NCBI GenBank assembly: GCA_945898055.1
Contig: CAMDGV010000006.1
Location: 31,863-95,862, forward strand
DNA: 64,000 bases
DNA from: Akkermansia muciniphila
Lineage (GTDB): Bacteria; Verrucomicrobiota; Verrucomicrobiia; Limisphaerales; UBA9464
Direction of reading: 5' to 3'
Positions 1-7,592 of the stretch are shown here, piece after piece. The position numbers and the translations under genes are program-made. Under the pieces are notes generated by a model that was given only the letters and a program-made list of their open reading frames with translations, was not told the origin of the DNA and did no database searches. Within the stretch, counting starts at the first letter, position 1. Each line of letters opens with the position of its first letter.

Positions 1-3000
1 CCAGATGCTCAACTGATCGGTGATGCCCCCAATGGTCGCATCCTGATGACCGGTCTCGACTCCCATCTTACCGCGATCGAATCTCTTCTCGAATTTGTCA
101 AAAATCCGGTCGCTGCCCCAGGCCAACGAGAAACCCGAATCCTGAATCTCGAGACCGCTCGCGCTGCCGATCTTGCCGCGACGGTCCTCTCTCTTTACCA
201 AGAACAGATTCAGTCCGAAGCGATTCCTCCAGTCGATCAAGCTCTCATCCGGGCTGATCCCTCGGCTAATCGTCTTATCGTCACCGGCTCCACTAACGAC
301 CTAGCTCGTATAACTTCCCTAGTCCGAACGCTCGATGTCTCCAATGACCGCGCTGACGGCGCTCGTGTTTTTCATATCACTAATGCCGAGCCAAATCTAA
401 TCGCCGCCGCTCTTTCTAACTCCTTGGTTAAATTGACACCCGACGGTCGAAGCCTTCCCAAGGTCACTCTGGGCGTCGATAACGCGTCTCGGACTATTGT
501 GGTCTCGGGTGAACCCAATGACCTGATTTCAGCTGCTCAAATTATTTCTAAACTGGACACCAAATCGGTCCTAGCTCCGCGCGATCTTCACCTCCTTCCC
601 ATCCCCTCTGGCTCCGCCTCGGAAGCTCTGTCGCGCCTCCGCCCTCTCATCACCGACCGCCTCAAAACTCTTGGCGGTCTTACTCCTCCTCTGCTCATTT
701 CTGACGAAGCCAATAGCCGCATCCTCGTCACCGCAGATACGAATCAATGGGCAGCCATTCAAGACCTTGCCGCCCGTCTTCTCGACGCCACTACCGTCTC
801 CGGGCGTCAGATTCGACCGGTCCCACTTGAGCATGTAAATGCCACGATCGCGACCCAAATGCTAACTCAACTTTTCGCTCGGGAGCTGGAAGCCACTGAT
901 CCAGCTCAACGTCTGGTTGTCTCCTCCACACCCGATGGACGATCGCTGCTCGTCGATGCCGCCCCGGCGGTCTTCGAGCGATTGAGCTCGGTTATCCGCT
1001 CGATTGATGTCGCCGATGCTGGTGGTTCATCGGTGCTCCAAACGGTCCTGTTAAAAAAAACCTCCGCCGATGCCGTCGCCGAATCGATTAATAAGGCCAT
1101 CAGTAACCGAGGCACCGATGCCCGTCTTCGCCGAGTCACGGTTACCCCTATCACCGGAGCCAACGCTCTTCTGCTCAATGGGCCGGGTGAATCTGTGCAG
1201 GAGGTTATCAAACTCGTCCGTGATCTCGACGCAGAAAGCTCAGGCGGTGAGGTCGAGGTTCGGATTTACAAATTAGGCAGCGCCAACGCCAAAGAGATTC
1301 AGCCCATCCTCTCCCAACTCCTCGCTTCGATTAACACCCGCCTCGATCGCCGAGGTTCTACGGGGAACCGCTCACAGCCGGTTATCGCCATTGATGCCCG
1401 GTCCAATAGCCTGCTCATCACCGCCTCTCTGGTTCATTTTAAAGTGGTCGAACAAATCCTTCCAACTCTCGATAAAGCACCCGAACGGGCCGATCGCGAT
1501 ATTCAAATGGTCTGGCTCCAAAATGCCCGAGCCAATGATCTCCAACAGAAAATTAATGCTGTCTACGAAGATCGCCCTCGATCCGAACAACCGACTATCG
1601 AGACGGATCGCAATGCCAATACTCTGACCGTCATCGCGCGTCGGGCCGACATGCCCCAAATTCAGGACCTCATCCAGCGTCTCGATGCTTCGGCTCAGGA
1701 TAATTCAATCCAAGTTCGCTTGGTCACGGTCGATGATATGCCGGTCGACCAAATGCTGGGGATGCTCACCAACATCTATCCGCAGATGCACGGGTCGAGC
1801 CTCCGTTTGGTAGAGAAACTTCCCCCGCCCGATCTCTCTCGAACGAACACTCCTCTCGCTGCGCCTTCTCCTGAAGTGGTCATCGCTCTCGATCGCGCCG
1901 CAAATGCGCTTATTCTTTCCGGCTCTTCTTCCGAATTAGAAAAGATTAACCGCATGGTTCGCGATCTCTCATGGAATACGATGAGCGGCGAATCAGAACT
2001 TCGCATTATTCCGCTCCTTCAGTCGGATCCCGTCGTCCTTTCTCAAACCCTTAACCGCTTGTTCCGCCCAGAATCACCTCAAGGCCAACCTCCACCTCAG
2101 CCCAACTCTCAACAATCCTCACGGTCGCCTCGACTCTCGGTGGTCGCCGAATCTCGCTCGCGTAGCCTGATTATTCGCGCTTCGGCTAAGGACTTTGCCG
2201 TGATCGTTGGTCTGGTCAAACAACTCGATGTCTCCGGACCGGGCTCAGCTCTTACTCATCGTCTCCTTTCTCTGACCAATACTCCCGCTGCAAAAATCGC
2301 ACCGCTCGTCCAACAACTCGTCCAACAACTCAACACCTTGCACCCCGGCGATCCGCTCACTGTCCTGCCTTACGAACGTTCTCGCAGTCTTTTGGTGATC
2401 GCTCGTGAACCCATGATTGCTCAGGTCGAAGAGATGGTTCGATCTCTCGATGCTCCTTCCTCGAATGCCGATGCCGAAGTTCGCATGTTCACACTCAAGA
2501 ACTCTTCCGCGACCCAAATTACCGCCGTTCTGCAAGGGCTTCTTCGACCAGGACTCGCCGGTGAGACAACTCCCGAAGCACGCGAACTCCAAGAACAGGT
2601 CCGCCGATTGAGTGTCCGTGGAGACAAAGGTGAAGTTGCCTCTCTTGACCTCAATCAACCTATTAAAATTACCCCGGATCCTTCGGGGGGTAATCGGTTG
2701 CTGATTACTTCTACTGCCAAAAACCTCGACGCTCTGGCTCAGGTGGTTGATCTCCTTGATCGGGCCGGAAGTGCCGAAGCCGCTGATGTTAACTTTGTCG
2801 TTCTGCTCAATGCCGACGCTTCTACCGCCGCTCAAACTCTGACCACTATCTTCAGCCAAGGGAGTCGCCTCGGAAGTCGTCTCGGAGGAACTCCCGGTAA
2901 CGCTCAGCCAGAAGCAGGCTCCGGCCGTGCCTTGGTTTCCCCTCTTAATGTCACCGCCGATCGTCGGATGAATGCCCTCATTCTCTCCGGACGACGTGAC

Positions 3001-6000
3001 TCCATCGAACTCGCTCAAAGGCTTCTTCGTGATATCGATAAACCTTGGGATGCCTCAGTCACTGAGGTGAAACTATTCCGTCTCATTCACGCCACCCCAA
3101 GCCGAATCCTCCCACTCCTTGAAGCCGTCTTTAAGGAAGGAACTCCTGTCCCAGGCGCTGAAGGCCTCAGCACTTTTGTTTCTCGCCTTCAAACCCGGCG
3201 CGACGGCGGTAAGACTGTCTCTACCGAACAAGCCAAGGTGCGCTCCGCTCTCACTCTTCAAGCGGATGATGCCTCCTCAACTTTGATCGTCGCCGCTCGT
3301 GCTGATTCACTTCCACTGATCGAGGAAGTCCTCAAACAAATCGATATCTCAGATGCTTCCGGCCTCAGTACAGTTCGCATCTATCCCCTCAAACACGCCG
3401 ATGCCGCTTCACTACAGAAAATTATTACTGATCTTTACAGCGGACCTCGGACCGCCAGTGCCCGTCCCGCCGATCGTCCCGTCATCACGCTCGATGACCG
3501 TAGCAACTCAATGATTGTTTCCGGCAACGAGAAAGCCTTCGCGATCGTTGATAGTCTTCTGGCTCAACTCGACCAACCAATGGCTCTCGAACTACGCGAT
3601 ATCCGAATTCTTCCTCTCGCGCACAGCGATGCGGCACAACTTGCCACCACGCTCCAACGGCTCATGGATCAACGGGTCACCCGTCAAGGCTCTCTGGGTC
3701 GCAGTCAGGCAGAATCACTCCGTGTCCTCATTATCCCAGAGACTCGATCCAATAGCCTCCTCGTTGGCGGCAGTAAAGATGCCTTCGAATTAGTCGAATC
3801 TCTCGCCGCAAAACTGGATCAATCCGCCCCGTCTCTCTCCGGTGGCGTTCGCATCGTTCCTCTCGAATTTGCAGACGCTCGCACCCTCTCTACCTCCCTC
3901 AACCAACTGTTTTCTCAACGTTATCAGGCGTCGACTTCTCCAGAGATTCAACGTCAAAAACCAGTCATTCTTGCCGATTCTAGAATCAATGCACTCCTCG
4001 TCTCGGCCGCCCGCGATGACAACGAAATCATCGATAACCTCCTCAAAAAACTCGACCTGAAATTAGAGAATCCCGCCCTTCGACTCACGGTGATTCCTCT
4101 CAAACATAATGATGCCGCCAAGGTCGCAGGAACTTTAGAAAATGTCTTCGCCGCCCGTCAACAGGCTCGCACGCTCCCAGGTCAAACTCCCTCCCCTACC
4201 GATCGAGTCGAAGTTCAAACCGATAGCCTCAACAACTCGCTGATCGTCTCTTCAAATAAAGAGAACCTTGAAATTATCCACGAACTACTCGGCCGAATCG
4301 ATGTCGAACCATCCGTCGCCGAAGGTGTCCTCGAGACTTTTGTCCTCAAACATGCCGACGCACAACGGATCGCTACCATGCTTCGCGCTCTGGTCCAACA
4401 GGGGATGTACCGCCCAGGTCGGTCGGCAGTAAAGGCCTCCGGCCAAGCCGATCGGGATGCCATGGCTATTACCGTGGATACTCGGAGTAATACGCTCATG
4501 GTCTCGGCTAGCCCCGATAATTTAGGCCTCATTAAAGAGATTATTAAACGGGTCGATAATCCGGATTTTATCGCCGCGACGGATTTGAAAATTTACCAAC
4601 TCGACCACGCTCGTGCCGCCAATCTAGCCGGTGTTCTTAATCAATACTTTCAAGCACGTCGGACCGCTGATACCGCCGTTCTCAATGCTCCAGAACGGAG
4701 TATGCCTGTCGCTGTTATTCCCGATACTCGGCTGAATGCCATCCTCGCTACCGGTAGTAAGGAAGCAATCGACACTCTCGATCGCATTATCCCCCAACTG
4801 GATTCCGAAGATCGCTTGGCTCAACTTAATTTCCGAGTTTTCCCCCTCAAACAGGCCACTGCTGCCCGAATGCAGACGACTCTCCAAAATCTCTTCGCTA
4901 ATCGTCCTCCTCGCTCTCGGGGTGAACCTTCAGACCCGATTACAGTGATCGCCGATGCATGGGTGAATGCTCTCATTGTCGGTGCGGTGGTCGAAGATAT
5001 GTCTATGGTGGATTCTCTCATCGCTCGTCTGGATAGCCAACAGGCTGAACTCGGTCTCGCGGTTGAAGTCATCCCCCTCGCTAAAGCCGATGCCCGCCGT
5101 ATCGCTCTCACCGTTCAAGGCCTCTTCCGCGAGGGCACTCAAGGGGGACCCATTCCAATCGTCGTCACCGCCGATGAACGCGTGAATGCACTGGTCGTCT
5201 CAGCGGGCGCAACTGACCTCAAACGTATTCGCGATGTCGTTGCTAAACTCGATACCGACCAAACCGCTCGAGTCAGTGAGATTAGGGTGATTCCTCTCAA
5301 ATTCGCCCGGGCTGAACTGATGACTCAAGTGCTCAATGCCTCTCTCAATAGCAAACCCTCTCCTCTTTCTGATCTTAGCCCGAACGCCCAATCAGTGCTC
5401 CAATTCGTGACTCGGACAAAGGAGGGCCAAGAACTGGTCACCGCCGCTCTGAAGGAAGCGATTATGATCACTCCTGACCCTCGAATGAATGCACTGGTCG
5501 TATCGGGTCCGGCCGATTACATGGGCTTGCTGGAACAGATTATTGGACGCCTTGATAATAGCTCTCCGCGTGAGGCCAAAATTAAGGTCTTCACTCTACG
5601 CAACGCCGACGCTCAACAGACTTCACAGTTGATTCTTTCGATGTTTCGTATGCAGGCAACGGGGGCCGCAGGCGGAGCCAATCAACGCACCATCGAATAC
5701 ACTCTGATGCGCCCTAATTCCAATGGACTTGAAGCCCCAGGCGCAACCGCAGTCATCGGTTCCGAAGAACAGAGTGCACTCACTGTGAGTGTCGATCCTC
5801 GGACGAATACACTCCTCGTCGGAGGGACTGACCATTACGTTTCTCTCGTTCAGCAGATTATTGAAACTCTCGATTCTTCGGAGGCTCTCGAACGTAGAAC
5901 TGAAGTTTATCGACTCAAAAATGCTCAGGCGGTCGACGTCGGAACGGCGGTTCGCAGCTTCCTCGATCAGGAACGTCAAAAAGTCACTCAAGTGCTCGGG

Positions 6001-7032
6001 ACCGAAGCCGTCGGAACGGCTCAACGCCTTCTCGAACGTGAGGTCGCTATTGTTGCGGAACAGGTCAGCAATACGCTCCTTCTCTCCGCAAGTCCGCGTT
6101 ACTTCGAACAGGTTCACATGATCATCGAAGAACTCGACCACCCTCAACCCCAAGTCCTCATCCAGGTTTTACTCGCGGAAGTGACTCTTGACTCAAATCG
6201 CGATCTTGGTTTCGAGTGGAGCTTCGCCAAAAATGTGGGCGGCGGCTGGAATGTCGGATCGAGTACTGACTTCGGTATCCCTAGCCAACTCCAGAACTTT
6301 GGCGGGTACTCCGCTTTGGTCACTGGCAATAATGTCAACTTTCTCCTCCGCGCTCTGGAAAATGACGGCCGTGTCGAAGTACTAAGCCGTCCTCAAATTC
6401 TCACCTCTGATAATAAACCTGCTTCCATCAATATCGGTCAAAGGGTTCCTCTCATTAGTGGCAGTCAACTCACTCCACAGGGTGGCACTGTCAATACCTT
6501 CGACTATCGCGATGTCGGCGTAAACCTCACCGTAACCCCACGAATCACGGGTGATGGCTTTGTCAAAATTGATGTCGGCGCTACCAATAGCTCTATCAGT
6601 AGTTCCAATGTCGCCATCAATGACAAGGCGACTGTCCCCATTATTAATGAACGCCGCGCAACAACGACGGTCACTGTGCAAAGCGGTCAAACGGTGGTCA
6701 TTGGTGGCCTCATCGGCACAGTCGATGATCTGCGTCGTAAGAAGACGCCTTTCTTCGGTGATATCCCTGTCGTCGGCTTCTTCTTCCGAAGCAACAATAA
6801 GAAATCAGAGCGGCGCGAATTACTAATCATGCTCACGCCTCAAGTGCTCACTTCTGACCACGATCAACCCGCTGTTATTACAGATATCAGTGCTAAATCT
6901 CGGGAAACTCTCGATCAATCGAATCTGCGAACTACTAAACGAACTGATGGGCTGAAGAATCAATTGGTGAACCCTCTCTTCCCCGCCGATAAGGCATCCA
7001 AACAAACTAATGCTCCCGCAAGTTCTCTGTAA
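1..7032 (+). CDS. Giant secretin (GspD/PilQ superfamily), 5'-truncated by the window. About 24 tandem Secretin_N-like modules precede a C-terminal secretin beta-barrel domain.
   Basis: Frame 1 is open from nt 1 (PDAQLIGDAPNGRIL before the first ATG at 46), so the gene starts upstream. The C-terminal ~330 aa carry secretin hallmarks: QVLIQVLLAEVTLD..GFEW, VLSRPQILTSDNKPASINIGQRVP, VVIGGLIG, KTPFFGDIPVVGFFFR, RRELLIMLTPQVL. Upstream lie repeated ~85-95 aa units of the pattern (E/T)VR(I/V)xxLKxADAxxLxxxLxxLF ... VxADxRxNxLIVSGxxxxxxxIxxLIxxLD. Confidence 0.85.
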   Translation, partial: PDAQLIGDAPNGRILMTGLDSHLTAIESLLEFVKNPVAAPGQRETRILNLETARAADLAATVLSLYQEQIQSEAIPPVDQALIRADPSANRLIVTGSTNDLARITSLVRTLDVSNDRADGARVFHITNAEPNLIAAALSNSLVKLTPDGRSLPKVTLGVDNASRTIVVSGEPNDLISAAQIISKLDTKSVLAPRDLHLLPIPSGSASEALSRLRPLITDRLKTLGGLTPPLLISDEANSRILVTADTNQWAAIQDLAARLLDATTVSGRQIRPVPLEHVNATIATQMLTQLFARELEATDPAQRLVVSSTPDGRSLLVDAAPAVFERLSSVIRSIDVADAGGSSVLQTVLLKKTSADAVAESINKAISNRGTDARLRRVTVTPITGANALLLNGPGESVQEVIKLVRDLDAESSGGEVEVRIYKLGSANAKEIQPILSQLLASINTRLDRRGSTGNRSQPVIAIDARSNSLLITASLVHFKVVEQILPTLDKAPERADRDIQMVWLQNARANDLQQKINAVYEDRPRSEQPTIETDRNANTLTVIARRADMPQIQDLIQRLDASAQDNSIQVRLVTVDDMPVDQMLGMLTNIYPQMHGSSLRLVEKLPPPDLSRTNTPLAAPSPEVVIALDRAANALILSGSSSELEKINRMVRDLSWNTMSGESELRIIPLLQSDPVVLSQTLNRLFRPESPQGQPPPQPNSQQSSRSPRLSVVAESRSRSLIIRASAKDFAVIVGLVKQLDVSGPGSALTHRLLSLTNTPAAKIAPLVQQLVQQLNTLHPGDPLTVLPYERSRSLLVIAREPMIAQVEEMVRSLDAPSSNADAEVRMFTLKNSSATQITAVLQGLLRPGLAGETTPEARELQEQVRRLSVRGDKGEVASLDLNQPIKITPDPSGGNRLLITSTAKNLDALAQVVDLLDRAGSAEAADVNFVVLLNADASTAAQTLTTIFSQGSRLGSRLGGTPGNAQPEAGSGRALVSPLNVTADRRMNALILSGRRDSIELAQRLLRDIDKPWDASVTEVKLFRLIHATPSRILPLLEAVFKEGTPVPGAEGLSTFVSRLQTRRDGGKTVSTEQAKVRSALTLQADDASSTLIVAARADSLPLIEEVLKQIDISDASGLSTVRIYPLKHADAASLQKIITDLYSGPRTASARPADRPVITLDDRSNSMIVSGNEKAFAIVDSLLAQLDQPMALELRDIRILPLAHSDAAQLATTLQRLMDQRVTRQGSLGRSQAESLRVLIIPETRSNSLLVGGSKDAFELVESLAAKLDQSAPSLSGGVRIVPLEFADARTLSTSLNQLFSQRYQASTSPEIQRQKPVILADSRINALLVSAARDDNEIIDNLLKKLDLKLENPALRLTVIPLKHNDAAKVAGTLENVFAARQQARTLPGQTPSPTDRVEVQTDSLNNSLIVSSNKENLEIIHELLGRIDVEPSVAEGVLETFVLKHADAQRIATMLRALVQQGMYRPGRSAVKASGQADRDAMAITVDTRSNTLMVSASPDNLGLIKEIIKRVDNPDFIAATDLKIYQLDHARAANLAGVLNQYFQARRTADTAVLNAPERSMPVAVIPDTRLNAILATGSKEAIDTLDRIIPQLDSEDRLAQLNFRVFPLKQATAARMQTTLQNLFANRPPRSRGEPSDPITVIADAWVNALIVGAVVEDMSMVDSLIARLDSQQAELGLAVEVIPLAKADARRIALTVQGLFREGTQGGPIPIVVTADERVNALVVSAGATDLKRIRDVVAKLDTDQTARVSEIRVIPLKFARAELMTQVLNASLNSKPSPLSDLSPNAQSVLQFVTRTKEGQELVTAALKEAIMITPDPRMNALVVSGPADYMGLLEQIIGRLDNSSPREAKIKVFTLRNADAQQTSQLILSMFRMQATGAAGGANQRTIEYTLMRPNSNGLEAPGATAVIGSEEQSALTVSVDPRTNTLLVGGTDHYVSLVQQIIETLDSSEALERRTEVYRLKNAQAVDVGTAVRSFLDQERQKVTQVLGTEAVGTAQRLLEREVAIVAEQVSNTLLLSASPRYFEQVHMIIEELDHPQPQVLIQVLLAEVTLDSNRDLGFEWSFAKNVGGGWNVGSSTDFGIPSQLQNFGGYSALVTGNNVNFLLRALENDGRVEVLSRPQILTSDNKPASINIGQRVPLISGSQLTPQGGTVNTFDYRDVGVNLTVTPRITGDGFVKIDVGATNSSISSSNVAINDKATVPIINERRATTTVTVQSGQTVVIGGLIGTVDDLRRKKTPFFGDIPVVGFFFRSNNKKSERRELLIMLTPQVLTSDHDQPAVITDISAKSRETLDQSNLRTTKRTDGLKNQLVNPLFPADKASKQTNAPASSL

Positions 7033-7565
7033 TGTCCTACTCCTTTCAACTTCTCTCCACTCGCCTCGTCTGTACCCTCGCTCTACTGACCCTCGCCGCT
7101 TGCTCCTCTTCCTCACCCAAGTCGCCTAAGTCGCCCAAGCCCCTAGCTCGCACCACCACCCGCTCTGGTATTACCGAACTTCATCTTCTTACCATGCCGA
7201 TTGCCCTCAATCTAGACGCCTCCCCAGGCGACGATGGCATCGCGATTAAACTTTTTGCAAATTTCGCCGGTGCCATCAAACCGGTCGCCATTCGCTCGGG
7301 TGAGATTGAACTGCTCCTCTTCGATGGCCTTCTGCAACCGGGCAGCACTGTACCCGCCCCAGCCTTCACCTGGCACTTTACCTCTCAACAACTCAAACAA
7401 TTCGAAAATAAATCTCTGCTCGGGGTTGGCTATCAACTCACCCTGCGATGGGATCGCTTCAAACCCTCCAGCGAGCGAATCACTGTCGTCGCTCGTTATG
7501 CCCTCGGTCAGGGTCGCTTCCTTTACTCTAGTCCTAGCGTTATCGCTTGCTCCTCGACTCATTAA
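7032..7565 (+). CDS. Small lipoprotein of unknown function; candidate secretin accessory/pilotin.
   Basis: The N-terminus has a signal peptide with lipobox (LALLTLAAC-SSS) followed by an SPKSPKSPKP linker. The ATG shares one nucleotide with the secretin stop codon (TAATG). No family recognised. Confidence 0.6.
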   Translation: MSYSFQLLSTRLVCTLALLTLAACSSSSPKSPKSPKPLARTTTRSGITELHLLTMPIALNLDASPGDDGIAIKLFANFAGAIKPVAIRSGEIELLLFDGLLQPGSTVPAPAFTWHFTSQQLKQFENKSLLGVGYQLTLRWDRFKPSSERITVVARYALGQGRFLYSSPSVIACSSTH

Positions 7566-7592
7566 CTCTCAGCAGCGCTGTCTTCGTCCCAT

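Noticed and set aside
2245-3018. A 257-aa minus-strand ORF inside the secretin gene. Similar long antisense ORFs occur at 9123-10022 (299 aa), 17932-18552 (206 aa), 58015-58767 (250 aa) and 40892-41491 (199 aa).
   Set aside because: Each lies fully antisense to a gene with strong family signatures. Each has a low-complexity, Arg/Ser/Gly-rich, non-protein-like composition. They are typical shadow ORFs of codon-biased genes.
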